Below, piece by piece: positions 1 through 10,595 of a stretch of 64,000 nucleotides of DNA. The translations under genes were made by a program, and so were the position numbers. Position 1 is the stretch's first letter, and each line of letters starts with the position of its first letter. This stretch comes from Gammaproteobacteria bacterium. Lineage in GTDB: Bacteria > Pseudomonadota > Gammaproteobacteria > Thiohalospirales > Thiohalospiraceae. The notes beneath the pieces were generated by a model. That model saw only the letters and a list, made by a program, of their open reading frames with translations. It had not been told where the DNA came from and searched no databases. The DNA lies in the NCBI GenBank assembly GCA_015491735.1, contig WFVH01000092.1, positions 1,838-65,837 of the forward strand, written 5' to 3'.

Positions 1-1800
1 TACGCCCTGCCGAATCTGTACGGAGAGGATCCTGCCATTCAGATATCTCCGGCGCGCAGTGCGCAGATCGATGAAGCGGTTCATCGGCAGGTGCTCGATG
101 TGCTGGAGAAGAACCGGATTGCTCCGCTGCAGACCGAATATACCGAACAGCAGATGTTGCTGCGGTTTGCCGATACCGAGGTTCAGCTCAAGGCCAACGA
201 TCTGATTCGGGATGCGCTGGGTGGCCGCTACACCGTGGCGCTCAATCTTGCGCCCGCCACGCCGGACTGGCTGCGATCGCTGAATGCAATGCCCATGTAT
301 CTTGGCCTGGATCTGCGCGGCGGCGTGCACTTTCTTATGGAAGTCGATATGGAAACCGCACTGACGCAGGCACTGGAGCGTTATGTTGGCGATTTCCGCA
401 CCACCTTGCGGGAAGCAAAACTGCGTTATATCACCATCAGCCGGGAGGGCAAGGTGGTGGAGGTCAAGTTCCGTGATCAGCAGCAGCGAGATGCAGCGCA
501 GCAACTGTTGATCGATAGCGGGAACTATGACGATCTCGAGTTTACCCGGGCAGAGCGCGGTGGGGCCTACTACCTGCGGGCCGGCCTGCAAAAGAACGCG
601 CAGCGCGAGATCCGGCGTTTTGCCTTGCAGCAGAATATCACCACGCTGCGGAACCGGGTTAATGAGCTGGGCGTAGCCGAACCGGTGATCCAGCAGCAGG
701 GACAGGAGCGCATCGTGGTTCAACTCCCGGGTGTGCAGGATACCGCGCGGGCAAAGGAGATACTTGGCGCCACGGCGACGCTGGAGTTTCGCATGGTCGA
801 TGAGCGGGGTGACGTACAGGCGGCCGTGGCGGGAAGGGTGCCGCCGACCTCCCGCCTCTACCATGAACGTGACGGCCGTCCGATCCTGCTGAAGAGACAG
901 GTCATCATTACCGGTGACTATATTACCGATGCCTCTTCCGGTATCGAGCAGCAGACCGGTTCACCGGCGGTATTCATCACGCTGGATGGCAAGGGCGCAC
1001 GCATGATGAGCAACGCCACACGGGACAATATCGGCAAGTCCATGGCGGTTGTGTTTATCGAACTCAAGAGTGAAACCCGCATTGTTGACGGCAAACCGGT
1101 CAAGACGCGCAAGAAATCGGAGGAGGTGATCAACGTCGCCACCATCCGTGATCAGCTCGGCAAGCGCTTTCAGATATCGGGGCTGGACGATACCCGTGAA
1201 GCGCGGAATCTTGCCCTGTTGTTGCGCGCCGGCGCCCTGGCGGCGCCTATCGAAATCGTCGAGGAGCGCACCATCGGCCCAAGTCTCGGCCAGGACAACA
1301 TCGACAAGGGTGTGCGTTCGGTGGTGATCGGTTTTGTGCTGGTGCTGGCGTTCATGGCTCTCTGGTATCGCGGCTTCGGGTTGATGGCCAACCTGGCCCT
1401 GACGCTGAATCTGGTGCTCATCGTGGCCGTGCTGTCCATGCTTCAAGCCACGCTGACGCTGCCGGGCATTGCCGGTATCGTGCTTACCGTCGGAATGGCC
1501 GTGGATGCCAATGTTTTGATCTTCGAGAGAATCCGGGAAGAGCTGCGTAACGGCAACACACCGCAGGCAAGCATCGATGCCGGTTATTCAAAAGCGCTCT
1601 CCACCATCGCCGACGCCAACATTACCACACTGCTGGCGGCGCTGGTGCTGTTTGGTTTCGGCACCGGACCCATCAAGGGTTTTGCGGTGACCTTGTCGAT
1701 TGGCATCGTCACCTCGATGTTTACCGCCATCATGGTTACACGGGCTGTCGCCAATCTGGTTTATGGCCGCCAGCGGCGCCTTGGCAAACTCTCTATTTGA
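1..1800 (+). CDS. secD: protein translocase subunit SecD (5' end cut by window edge)
   Basis: Frame 1 is open from nt 1 (YALPNLYGEDPAIQISPA...) and runs into track ORF 91..1800. It has a large periplasmic domain, then a C-terminal TM cluster, and is followed directly by secF. Confidence 0.93.
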   Translation, partial: YALPNLYGEDPAIQISPARSAQIDEAVHRQVLDVLEKNRIAPLQTEYTEQQMLLRFADTEVQLKANDLIRDALGGRYTVALNLAPATPDWLRSLNAMPMYLGLDLRGGVHFLMEVDMETALTQALERYVGDFRTTLREAKLRYITISREGKVVEVKFRDQQQRDAAQQLLIDSGNYDDLEFTRAERGGAYYLRAGLQKNAQREIRRFALQQNITTLRNRVNELGVAEPVIQQQGQERIVVQLPGVQDTARAKEILGATATLEFRMVDERGDVQAAVAGRVPPTSRLYHERDGRPILLKRQVIITGDYITDASSGIEQQTGSPAVFITLDGKGARMMSNATRDNIGKSMAVVFIELKSETRIVDGKPVKTRKKSEEVINVATIRDQLGKRFQISGLDDTREARNLALLLRAGALAAPIEIVEERTIGPSLGQDNIDKGVRSVVIGFVLVLAFMALWYRGFGLMANLALTLNLVLIVAVLSMLQATLTLPGIAGIVLTVGMAVDANVLIFERIREELRNGNTPQASIDAGYSKALSTIADANITTLLAALVLFGFGTGPIKGFAVTLSIGIVTSMFTAIMVTRAVANLVYGRQRRLGKLSI

Positions 1801-1810
1801 AGGACGGATC

Positions 1811-2758
1811 ATGCAGCTTTTCAAAAAAACCACGGAGATCAATTTTCTCAGTGTGCGAAAAATTGCCATGTTCGTGTCGCTGGTACTCATTGTGGGTTCG
1901 CTTCTTTCCCTGTTTGCCAGGGGGTTGAACTTTGGTATCGATTTTACCGGTGGTACGCTCATCGAAATGGGTTATTCGCAGCCGGTCGAACTGGTCGAGG
2001 TGCGTGATGCGCTGGCGGAGGCCGGTTTCGATGATGCCATCGTGCAGCACTTCGGCACCTCACGGGAGGTGCTGGTGCGCGTACCGCCCCGGGAAGGACT
2101 CAACAGCGCCGAGCTGAGCAGCCGTATTCTGCATGTACTGCAGCAGCAAGAGGGGGCGGGCGAGGTCAAGATGCGCCGCGTGGAGTTTGTTGGTCCACAG
2201 GTAGGGGAAGAGTTGACCAACGACGGCGGGCTGGCAATGTTGTATGCCTTGATCGGCATTCTCATCTATGTGGCACTGCGTTTCGAATACCGTTTTGCGG
2301 TCGGCGCTGTTGCGGCCCTGGTTCATGATGTGATCATCACCCTGGGAATCTTTTCGCTGTTGCAACTGGATTTCGATCTCACCGTACTGGCGGCAATACT
2401 GGCTATTATCGGTTACTCCCTCAACGATACCATCGTGGTGTTCGATCGCATCCGTGAAAACTTCATCAAGCTGCGCACCGGCACGCCGCTCGAAGTGATG
2501 AATATCTCCATCAATCAGACGCTGGCGCGCACCTTGATGACCTCGTTTACCACGCTGCTGGTGGTTGTTGCGCTGTTTGTGTTTGGTGGTGAGTTGATCC
2601 ACGGATTTGCCACCGCCCTGTTGATAGGCATCGTTGTCGGCACCTATTCGTCCATCTATGTCGCCAGCTCCGCGGCGTTGGCGCTGGGAGTCAGCAAGGC
2701 GGATTTGATGCCGGTGGAGAAAGAGGGGGCGGAGCAGCAGCAGGATGAACTGCCGTAA
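1811..2758 (+). CDS. secF: protein translocase subunit SecF
   Basis: Track ORF 1700..2758. The internal ATG at 1811 (MQLFKKTTEINFLSVRK) lies 10 nt after the secD stop. SecF-type TM layout and a LNDTIVVFDRIRE motif are present. Confidence 0.93.
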   Translation: MQLFKKTTEINFLSVRKIAMFVSLVLIVGSLLSLFARGLNFGIDFTGGTLIEMGYSQPVELVEVRDALAEAGFDDAIVQHFGTSREVLVRVPPREGLNSAELSSRILHVLQQQEGAGEVKMRRVEFVGPQVGEELTNDGGLAMLYALIGILIYVALRFEYRFAVGAVAALVHDVIITLGIFSLLQLDFDLTVLAAILAIIGYSLNDTIVVFDRIRENFIKLRTGTPLEVMNISINQTLARTLMTSFTTLLVVVALFVFGGELIHGFATALLIGIVVGTYSSIYVASSAALALGVSKADLMPVEKEGAEQQQDELP

Positions 2759-2904
2759 CGGCGGCCGGTTGTCGCGCCGACCGAAGGTGCGGCCTCTCCA
2801 GACCGGCTCCGCCGAAACAGCCCGCCCGGGTCATCCACTCCGCAAGGGTCAGCGGGCTTGGCTTTGCCATCCATAGCAGGTACACTCCCGTTTCAACCAA
2901 CCAT

Positions 2905-3066
2905 CCTGCGGGAGAGCGTGGCCATGGTAAATGCGGTGGCCGCCGCCGAAGGCGCAACATGCCCGGAATCGCTCAGGCAAAAGGACCACAGGAGGGGGTT
3001 GACTCTGGAGAGAGGCGCAGGCAGCGCCCACCGAAGGGGCTGAAGCTCTCAGGTTGCCGGACAGAG
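2905..3066 (+). promoter_or_regulatory. tandem glycine riboswitch (two aptamers)
   Basis: Aptamer 1 is CCTGcGGGAGAG...CGCCGAAGGCGCAA...CTCAGGCAAAAGGACCaCAGG (2905-2992). Aptamer 2 is CTCTGGAGAG...CACCGAAGGGGC...CTCTCAGG...ACAGAG (3004-3066). Both match the conserved GGAGAG / CCGAAGG.GCAA / CUCAGGCAAAAGGAC cores of the glycine riboswitch class. The element lies upstream of the gcv genes. Confidence 0.85.
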
Positions 3067-3112
3067 GGGCGGTAGCGGACAAAAAGTCCGCTACCGCCCT
3101 TTTTGCGTTTTT
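3067..3112 (+). terminator. intrinsic terminator acting as riboswitch expression platform
   Basis: Perfect 14-bp stem GGGCGGTAGCGGAC (3067-3080) / GTCCGCTACCGCCC (3086-3099) with loop AAAAA, followed by TTTTTGCGTTTTT. It directly abuts the 3' strand of aptamer-2 P1. Confidence 0.8.
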
Positions 3113-3130
3113 CGGAGCCGAACAAGAGTA

Positions 3131-4069
3131 ATGAACCGTTTTCTGCACAAAGACATTCCGGTATTCGATCACTCGGCACAACCCAATGTTGGGCATATGC
3201 CCGGGTGGGTGCGGGTCTCTTTGGCGAAGGGTGCTCAGTACCGGCATACGGTGCGGCAGCTAAGGGGTGAGCCGCTGCATACCGTGTGTGAAGAGGCGCG
3301 CTGCCCTAACAGGGGAGAGTGCTGGAGCCGGGGCACGGCAACCTTCTTGTTACTGGGTGATACCTGTACCCGGGCCTGCGGGTTTTGTTCGGTGAAAACC
3401 GGCAGGCCTGCCGCGGTGGACGAGCAGGAAGCAGCGCGGGTTGCCGAGGCGGTATCGGCCCTGAGGCTTCGATATGTGGTGCTTACATCGGTCAATCGGG
3501 ATGATTTGCAAGATGGTGGCGCGGCGCTGTTTGCACAGACGATTAGCAGGTTGCGGCGCCATAACCCATCGGTTGGAATCGAACTGCTGACGCCCGACTT
3601 CTACCGCTGCCAGGAAAATGCGCTGAATCTCATCGGAGCGGCTGCAGGAAGGGGCGCAACGGCAGATACCCCTGCTCCGGGTTTGGTGTGGGGGCATAAC
3701 GTCGAGACGGTGCCGAGACTGTACAAGACGGTGCGCAAGGGTTCGGATTACCGCCGTTCACTTGCGCTGCTGGAGCAGGCTGCACAGCTTCCTGAAACGG
3801 AAACCAAGTCTTCCCTGATGCTGGGGCTGGGCGAAGCGCCTGCCGAGGTGGTTGCGGTACTGCGGGATCTGCGGGCCGCTGGTGTGACGCGGCTCTCGCT
3901 TGGACAGTACCTGCGCCCCACCAGATACCATCTGCCGGTACAGGAGTATGTTACCCCGCAACAGTTTTCGATCTATGAGAGAGAGGCCAGAGCACTGGGT
4001 TTCACCTGGGTGAAGGCCGGGGCGATGGTACGCTCATCCTATCAAGCGGAAGAAGAACAGAGATCATGA
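3131..4069 (+). CDS. lipA: lipoyl synthase
   Basis: CEEARCPNRGECW and radical-SAM CTRACGFCSV motifs. The stop overlaps the gcvT start (ATGA). The start is uncertain; an alternative ATG lies at 3197. Confidence 0.9.
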   Translation: MNRFLHKDIPVFDHSAQPNVGHMPGWVRVSLAKGAQYRHTVRQLRGEPLHTVCEEARCPNRGECWSRGTATFLLLGDTCTRACGFCSVKTGRPAAVDEQEAARVAEAVSALRLRYVVLTSVNRDDLQDGGAALFAQTISRLRRHNPSVGIELLTPDFYRCQENALNLIGAAAGRGATADTPAPGLVWGHNVETVPRLYKTVRKGSDYRRSLALLEQAAQLPETETKSSLMLGLGEAPAEVVAVLRDLRAAGVTRLSLGQYLRPTRYHLPVQEYVTPQQFSIYEREARALGFTWVKAGAMVRSSYQAEEEQRS

Positions 4070-5184
4070 CCCTGAAGACAATACTGTATGAAGAACATAT
4101 CGCCCTGGGTGGCAAAATGGTGGATTTCAGTGGTTGGCAGATGCCGCTTCACTATGGCTCCCAGATCGAAGAGCACCATCAGGTGAGGCGTGCGGCGGGA
4201 ATGTTTGATGTCTCGCACATGATGGTTGTGGATTTGAATGGAACGCAGGTGCGGGAGTTCATGCGTTTTCTGCTTGCCAACGATGTAGGACCGGCATCTA
4301 CTCCCGGCAAGGCAATGTACTCCTGCATGCTCAATGAGCAGGGCGGCGTCATCGACGATCTCATTGTCTACGATCGGGGAGAGAACGGGTTTCGCATGGT
4401 GCTCAACGCCGCCACACGGGATAAGGATCTTGCCTGGATAAACCGTCAGACAGATGCCTTCGATGTTACCCTGCAGGCCCGTTTCGATCTGGCGATGATA
4501 GCTGTTCAGGGTCCTGATGCGCGTGACCGGGTTCTGCAGATTCTGGGTGACACGCTCACAGCAGCCATCGGGTTGAAACCCTTTTTTTCCACGACCGAAA
4601 ACGGTTTTTTCATTGCCCGTACCGGTTATACCGGCGAAGATGGATTCGAAATCATTCTGCCGGAGGAGCGGGCGGCCGATCTGTGGCGGCAGTTTCACCG
4701 GCTTGGCGTGAAAGCCTGTGGACTGGGGGCCAGGGATACGCTTCGCTTGGAGGCGGGAATGAATCTCTACGGCTCGGAGATGGACGAGAACAGCTCACCA
4801 CTGGAGTCGGGCCTGGCCTGGACCGTAGCATGGCAACCCGCGGAGCGGAACTTCATCGGCCGAGCCGCGCTTGAGGCGCAGCGCGACGTTGGCCTCTCCA
4901 GCAAACTGGCTGGCCTGGTCCTGGATGGCAGAGGCATGCTGCGTAATAATCAGCGTGTTTTGTGTGAGCGTGGGGAGGAGGGCAGAATTACCAGCGGCAG
5001 TTTCTCACCCACGCTTGGCAAAGCGATCGCCCTGGCGCGCTTGCCGCTCGACGCGGGCAAGCGCTGTGAAGTTGAAATTCGTGGCAAGCGGGTGCCGGCC
5101 ACTGTTGTCGATCCGCCCTTTGTGCGCAACGGAAAACCCTGTATACAGACAGAAGGAGTGACATCCGATGAGCAACATACCTGA
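4066..5184 (+). CDS. gcvT: glycine cleavage system aminomethyltransferase (T protein)
   Basis: 372 aa. GcvT-like sequence (GWQMPLHYGSQIEEHHQVR, ARTGYTGEDGFEI) in gcv operon context. Confidence 0.93.
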   Translation: MTLKTILYEEHIALGGKMVDFSGWQMPLHYGSQIEEHHQVRRAAGMFDVSHMMVVDLNGTQVREFMRFLLANDVGPASTPGKAMYSCMLNEQGGVIDDLIVYDRGENGFRMVLNAATRDKDLAWINRQTDAFDVTLQARFDLAMIAVQGPDARDRVLQILGDTLTAAIGLKPFFSTTENGFFIARTGYTGEDGFEIILPEERAADLWRQFHRLGVKACGLGARDTLRLEAGMNLYGSEMDENSSPLESGLAWTVAWQPAERNFIGRAALEAQRDVGLSSKLAGLVLDGRGMLRNNQRVLCERGEEGRITSGSFSPTLGKAIALARLPLDAGKRCEVEIRGKRVPATVVDPPFVRNGKPCIQTEGVTSDEQHT

Positions 5185-5560
5185 AGAGTTGCAATACACC
5201 CGATCTCATGAATGGATAAGACAGAATGAGGATGGAACGGTAAGTGTGGGTATCACCGACCACGCTCAGGATCTGCTTGGCGACATGGTCTTCGTCGAGC
5301 TGCCAGAGCCGGGCCGGCAACTCGTTGCTGGCGATGAGTGCGTGGTGGTGGAATCGGTCAAGGCGGCCTCCGATGTCTACAGCCCGTTGACGGGTGAGGT
5401 GGTGGATATCAACGAGGCGGTTGTCGAGGGTCCCGAACTGATCAATCAGGATCCCTATGGGGAAGGGTGGCTGTTCCGCCTGCAGCCGCAAGAGGGAGCG
5501 GAGCGGGAGGAGCTGATGAGCGCCGGGGCGTATCAGGAGTTGCTGGAGTTCGAGACCTGA
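5168..5560 (+). CDS. gcvH: glycine cleavage system H protein
   Basis: 130 aa. Lipoyl-lysine motif [18 protein letters not shown]. Confidence 0.95.
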   Translation: MSNIPEELQYTRSHEWIRQNEDGTVSVGITDHAQDLLGDMVFVELPEPGRQLVAGDECVVVESVKAASDVYSPLTGEVVDINEAVVEGPELINQDPYGEGWLFRLQPQEGAEREELMSAGAYQELLEFET

Positions 5561-5618
5561 TGTTGCCGTAAGGAGCCGGCTTGCCGCCAGAGTTTTCATT
5601 TTACCGGATAGTTGCCCG

Positions 5619-6992
5619 ATGCCATTTATCCCCCATACAGCCGATGAAATTCGTGAGATGCTGGCCGTTATTGGTGTTCAAGAGGTCGAGGAGCTGTTTG
5701 CTGAAATACCTTCGGCGTTGCGCTCACGCGACCGTGGAGAACTCCCGCCCGCCCTGAACGAGATGGAAATAGGCCGGTTGATGCGCGAACGGGCATCGCA
5801 GGACGGCCAGCCACTCTGTTTTATTGGAGCGGGAGCCTATGAGCACCACATCCCCGCTGCTGTCTGGGAGATTGCAGCGCGCGGTGAGTTCTATTCCGCC
5901 TATACCCCTTATCAGGCCGAGGCGAGTCAGGGGACATTGCAGTTGCTGTATGAGTTCCAGACCATGATGGCGAGCCTGACCGGAATGGATATTTCCAATG
6001 CCTCCCTGTATGACGGCGCGTCGGCTCTGGCCGAAGCGGTGCTGATGGCGGTGCGCATCAATCGCAAATCAAAACGGATCCTGGTGCCGGCGACCCTGCA
6101 TCCCGCCTATCGGCAGGTGGTGCATACCATTGTGCACAATCAGGGCATAGAGCTGGTGGAGTTACCCTACTGTACCGACTGTGGCCATATCGTCCCCGAC
6201 TCTTTGCAGCGTTTTTCCGGGGGGGACTTTGCCGCACTGGTTATTCCACAGCCCAATTTTTTTGGCGTGCTGGAGGAGGTGGATACGCTTGCCGAGTGGG
6301 CGCGCGCCAATGACATGCTGGCGATTGGGGTGGTGAATCCCACCGCGCTGGCGCTGCTCTCCCCGCCCGGTGAGTGGGGCGGGCCGGGGGTCGATATCGC
6401 CTGTGGCGAAGGACAACCATTGGGCATGCCTCTTGCCTCCGGCGGACCCTATTTCGGTTTTCTCTGTTGCAGACAGTCCCACGTGCGACAGATGCCGGGG
6501 CGCATCGTCGGCCGCACGGTGGATAGTGATGGAAAACCGGGATATACCTTGACCCTGCAGGCCCGTGAGCAGCATATTCGCCGCTCCAAGGCGACATCCA
6601 ATATCTGCACCAACCAGGGGTTGATGACCACGGCAGCGACCATTTACATGGCGCTGCTGGGTCCCGCCGGGCTGGAGCGGGTTGCCGGCCGGTGTCACCT
6701 GGCAACCCGCCGCCTGCTGGAGCGGCTTACCGCTATCGAGGGGGTAAAACCGCTATTCGACCGCCCTTTTTTTCATGAAGTGGTGCTTGCCCTCGATGTG
6801 CCGGTGCAGCCACTGCTGGACAGGCTGGCGCGCCAGCAACTATTGGCTGGCTTTAATCTGCAGAAGGATTATCCTGAGCTGGGTAGTGCATTGATGGTAT
6901 GCTGCACGGAAACGAAGAGTGATGCTGATCTTGAACAGTTCGCCACCCTGTTTGGTGCAGCGGTAGACGACTTGAGGAGATCCCGATGTTGA
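5619..6992 (+). CDS. gcvPA: glycine dehydrogenase (decarboxylating) subunit 1
   Basis: 457 aa with a two-subunit P-protein N-terminal-half signature ([29 protein letters not shown]). Followed by an overlapping subunit 2 gene. Confidence 0.92.
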   Translation: MPFIPHTADEIREMLAVIGVQEVEELFAEIPSALRSRDRGELPPALNEMEIGRLMRERASQDGQPLCFIGAGAYEHHIPAAVWEIAARGEFYSAYTPYQAEASQGTLQLLYEFQTMMASLTGMDISNASLYDGASALAEAVLMAVRINRKSKRILVPATLHPAYRQVVHTIVHNQGIELVELPYCTDCGHIVPDSLQRFSGGDFAALVIPQPNFFGVLEEVDTLAEWARANDMLAIGVVNPTALALLSPPGEWGGPGVDIACGEGQPLGMPLASGGPYFGFLCCRQSHVRQMPGRIVGRTVDSDGKPGYTLTLQAREQHIRRSKATSNICTNQGLMTTAATIYMALLGPAGLERVAGRCHLATRRLLERLTAIEGVKPLFDRPFFHEVVLALDVPVQPLLDRLARQQLLAGFNLQKDYPELGSALMVCCTETKSDADLEQFATLFGAAVDDLRRSRC

Positions 6993-8434
6993 TATTCGAA
7001 CAGTCGCGCAGCGGTAGAACCAACCCCACCCAGGCTCCCCGGATTGACGAGGCGCGGCATGCCGTTCCGCAGCGCTTCCGCCGTCGCCAGCGCCCGTTGC
7101 TGCCGGAGGTGTCCGAGATGCAGGCGGTGCGCCACTACACGCGGTTGTCACAACAGAACTACTCCATTGACACCCATTTCTATCCGCTTGGTTCCTGCAC
7201 CATGAAGTACAATCCGCGCGGTTGCCATGCGCTGGCTGCGCTACCGGGCTTTCTGGGGCGTCATCCGCATGCGCCGGAGCAGACCCACGGCCAGGGTGTG
7301 CTGGCTTGCCTGTTCGAGTTGCAGGAGATTCTGAAACAGGTGACCGGCATGCGGGGTGTCTCCCTGACTCCGATGGCGGGCGCCCAGGGCGAGTTCGCCG
7401 GGGTGGCGATGATCCGCGCTTACCACCGGGAGCGGGGTGATGGAGAACGGCGCGAACTGCTGGTGCCGGATGCCGCTCACGGAACCAATCCGGCCACCGC
7501 AATCATGTGCGGCTATGACGTTCGCGAAATTCCCACGGATTCTGCGGGCGACGTGGACATCGAGGCGCTGCGCCGATCGGTGGGACCCCGGACCGCTGGC
7601 ATCATGCTGACCAACCCGTCTACCCTGGGCGTCTTTGAACGGCGTATCCGGGAGATAGCCGATATCATCCATTCGGCCGGCGGGCTGCTCTACTATGATG
7701 GGGCCAATCTCAATGCCATTCTGGGAAAGGTCCGGCCCGGTGATATGGGGTTCGACGTTATTCACCTCAATCTGCACAAGACCTTTGCCACGCCGCACGG
7801 TGGTGGTGGACCCGGCGCCGGACCCGTGGGGGTGGGCGAGCGTCTGCTGCCATTCCTGCCGGTTCCAATGGTTGGCCGGAAGGAGGAGGGTTACTACTGG
7901 CTGACCGAGCAGGAGCGCCCCCGGAGCATCGGCCGGTTGTCGGCCCATATGGGTAATGTCGGTATTCTGCTGCGCGCCTATATCTATACCCGCATGCTGG
8001 GGGCGGAGGGAATGGAGCGCATTGCCGAGTTTGCCACTCTCAATGCCAACTATCTAATGGTGCGGCTGGCACAGAGTGGATTCGAAATGGCTTTTCCTGA
8101 GCGTCTCGCTTCCCACGAGTTCATTCTTACCCTGAAAAGGGAGGCCAAACAGACCGGCGCCAATGCCATGGATTTTGCCAAGCGGCTGCTGGACTATGGT
8201 TATCACGCACCAACCATCTATTTTCCGCTGCTGGTGCCCGAATGTTTTCTCATCGAGCCGACCGAGACCGAGGACAAGGCGACGCTGGACCGTTTTGCCG
8301 AAGCGATGAGCGCCGTTCTTTGTGAAGCAAGAACCAGCCCGGAGCTGCTCAAACAGGCGCCCTGTACACTGCCGGTCAAGCGCCTGGACGATGTTAAGGC
8401 GGTGCGTGAACTGGATGTGGTCTGGAAGGGCTGA
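6986..8434 (+). CDS. gcvPB: glycine dehydrogenase (decarboxylating) subunit 2
   Basis: 482 aa. PLP-lysine region [18 protein letters not shown]. Confidence 0.92.
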   Translation: MLIFEQSRSGRTNPTQAPRIDEARHAVPQRFRRRQRPLLPEVSEMQAVRHYTRLSQQNYSIDTHFYPLGSCTMKYNPRGCHALAALPGFLGRHPHAPEQTHGQGVLACLFELQEILKQVTGMRGVSLTPMAGAQGEFAGVAMIRAYHRERGDGERRELLVPDAAHGTNPATAIMCGYDVREIPTDSAGDVDIEALRRSVGPRTAGIMLTNPSTLGVFERRIREIADIIHSAGGLLYYDGANLNAILGKVRPGDMGFDVIHLNLHKTFATPHGGGGPGAGPVGVGERLLPFLPVPMVGRKEEGYYWLTEQERPRSIGRLSAHMGNVGILLRAYIYTRMLGAEGMERIAEFATLNANYLMVRLAQSGFEMAFPERLASHEFILTLKREAKQTGANAMDFAKRLLDYGYHAPTIYFPLLVPECFLIEPTETEDKATLDRFAEAMSAVLCEARTSPELLKQAPCTLPVKRLDDVKAVRELDVVWKG

Positions 8435-8435
8435 T

Positions 8436-8825
8436 ATGGACGAACCCTCAATCAACAAGCCGGATCATCGCGGGTTTACCCATGTGTGGAAGGCAGTTCA
8501 ATACTCGATGCAGGGGTTGCGGGCAGCCTGGCGCTACGAAGAGGCATTTCGGCTGGAGCTGCTGGCGTGCCTGGTGATGGTTCCGTTCGGTCTCTGGCTG
8601 GGGCGCAGCGCGGTCGAGTATGCGCTGCTGTTCAGCAGTCTGCTGCTGGTGCTGATTGTGGAGCTGGTCAACTCTGCCATCGAGGCGATTGTCGACCGGA
8701 TCAGCGTCCAGCAGCATCCGCTTTCCGGCCGCGCCAAGGACATCGGATCGGCGGCGGTGTTTCTGAGCCTGTTTTACGTGGCGCTGGTCTGGGGCTCCGT
8801 ATTGTACGGGCGCCTGGCTGGATAG
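8436..8825 (+). CDS. dgkA: diacylglycerol kinase
   Basis: Internal ATG of track ORF 8322..8825, located right after the gcvPB stop. Strong resemblance to E. coli DgkA (VELVNSAIEAIVDRIS...SGRAKDIGSAAVF). Confidence 0.9.
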   Translation: MDEPSINKPDHRGFTHVWKAVQYSMQGLRAAWRYEEAFRLELLACLVMVPFGLWLGRSAVEYALLFSSLLLVLIVELVNSAIEAIVDRISVQQHPLSGRAKDIGSAAVFLSLFYVALVWGSVLYGRLAG

Positions 8826-8843
8826 TCCGGCGCAGCCGATGGG

Positions 8844-9527
8844 TTAAAGATGCAGGCCGCACTCCGTTTTGGGTGAATCCACCCACCGGCCATCCCGATC
8901 CTGACCGGGTACGGTACAGTGAGTACAGCCGATGGAGGAGTAGCCCTCCGCCACCAGTGGGTGAAAAGGCAGTTGATGCTCGCGAATGTAGTCGTCACGC
9001 TCTTTTTTGCTCATGTCGATGAGCGGATAGAAACGGATGATTCCATTGCGTTCTTCAAAAATATCCAGTGTGGCGCGATGCTCCGTCTGCCAGCGCATCA
9101 GGCTGGAGATCCAGACATCAAAGTGGGTTTTTATCTCATCAAATGGTTCGATTTTGTTGATTGTGCAGCAGAAATCCGGATCCGTCTTGTAGATCTGCTC
9201 TTTTTCGGTGAACGCATGTTTCCATGCTTCTGCCCGCACATCGACAACGTCCAGGTTGTAAAGTCTGGTTAGTTTTTCCTTGTATTTCAGCGTTTCCGGA
9301 AAATGAAATCCGGTGTCGATAAAATGCACCCTCTGCCTGGGCGCCAGACGGGAAAAGAGGTGCAGGAAGAAAGCGGATGTGGCGGCGAAGGATGAGGTGA
9401 GCATCACCTTTTGTGGATCGAAATCCAGATAAAGTTGCTTGACGCGCTCCTCTATCGTCAGATTATGATATTTTTCATTAAGCGCGGCCAAGCGGGCGCT
9501 GTCAACAGGGGAGGACTCTTTACTCAT
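8844..9527 (-). CDS. cysH: phosphoadenosine-phosphosulfate / adenylyl-sulfate reductase family protein
   Basis: 227 aa. PAPS_reduct-type N-terminus, a CC...CxxC cysteine pattern (DFCCTINK, GCTHCT) and a C-terminal ECGLH motif. Confidence 0.75.
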   Translation of the reverse strand: MSKESSPVDSARLAALNEKYHNLTIEERVKQLYLDFDPQKVMLTSSFAATSAFFLHLFSRLAPRQRVHFIDTGFHFPETLKYKEKLTRLYNLDVVDVRAEAWKHAFTEKEQIYKTDPDFCCTINKIEPFDEIKTHFDVWISSLMRWQTEHRATLDIFEERNGIIRFYPLIDMSKKERDDYIREHQLPFHPLVAEGYSSIGCTHCTVPGQDRDGRWVDSPKTECGLHL

Positions 9528-9610
9528 GATAGTGTTGAGTTGTACCTCTTTCTTTCGCCGATCGGACTCTATACTCTATATGTTTCTTCGGGAGGGGTAA
9601 ATTCATTTCT

Positions 9611-10591
9611 ATGACAACTGAATATTGTAACAGGTTCCCGTTGCTGGTCGGAGATGTTGGTGGAACCAATGCGCGTTTTGGCCTGCTGAGGAAGGCAGGT
9701 GAACAGCCGGTATCCGTCAGGGTCTATTCTTGCGCCGATTTTTCCACTATTGCGGATGCGGTGGAGAACTACCTGTCCGAAACGGGCGGACAGCGGCCAA
9801 AAGAGGCGGCCATTGCGGTGGCAACAGCGGTTACCGGTGATCGGATACGCATGACCAATCATGTCTGGCAGTTTTCCATCGAGGAGACCCGCCGGGCGCT
9901 GAAACTGGAACGGCTGGATGTGATCAACGATTTTACGGCGCTGGCGTTGGCGCTGCCGCATCTGAAGGCGGAGGAGATATGCAAGACAGGGGGGGGCGAG
10001 GCAGTCATGTCAGCGCCTGTCGCGTTGCTGGGAGCCGGTACCGGTTTGGGGGTGTCAGGGCTGATTCCGGGAGGAGATGAGTGGATACCGCTGCAGGGAG
10101 AGGGAGGGCACGCCTCATTTTCGCCGGTTACCGAGCAGGAGATCGAGATCTTGCGGATTCTGCGGCAACGATATCAACATGTATCTGCCGAACGGCTGCT
10201 TTCCGGCCCGGGGCTGGTCAATCTTTACCAGGCACACGCTGCGCTGGAAAGGGTTCCGGCGGAAGCATACTCTCCTGCTGATATCAGCAGGAAGGGGAAG
10301 GAGGGGCAGTGTGCCCTGTGTGCCGCGGCGCTGGAGAGTTTCTGCGCCATCATGGGGACCGTTGCCGGCAATCTCGTGCTTACGTTGGGCGCGCGGGGCG
10401 GCGTCTATGTCGGCGGCGGGATTGTGCCGGGGTTGGGGCGCTATTTTCTTGACTCTCGATTTCGGCAGCGTTTCGAGCAGAAAGGCCGTTTTTCTGAATA
10501 TCTGGCGGCAATCCCCTCTTTTGTGATTGTGGCAAAATATCCTGCTTTAATCGGGGCAGCCAGTTTTCTACTTCATGCGGAGAAAAAATAA
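9611..10591 (+). CDS. glk: glucokinase
   Basis: 326 aa. N-terminal VGDVGGTNARFGL ATP-binding motif typical of bacterial Glk. Confidence 0.9.
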   Translation: MTTEYCNRFPLLVGDVGGTNARFGLLRKAGEQPVSVRVYSCADFSTIADAVENYLSETGGQRPKEAAIAVATAVTGDRIRMTNHVWQFSIEETRRALKLERLDVINDFTALALALPHLKAEEICKTGGGEAVMSAPVALLGAGTGLGVSGLIPGGDEWIPLQGEGGHASFSPVTEQEIEILRILRQRYQHVSAERLLSGPGLVNLYQAHAALERVPAEAYSPADISRKGKEGQCALCAAALESFCAIMGTVAGNLVLTLGARGGVYVGGGIVPGLGRYFLDSRFRQRFEQKGRFSEYLAAIPSFVIVAKYPALIGAASFLLHAEKK

Positions 10592-10595
10592 CCGG

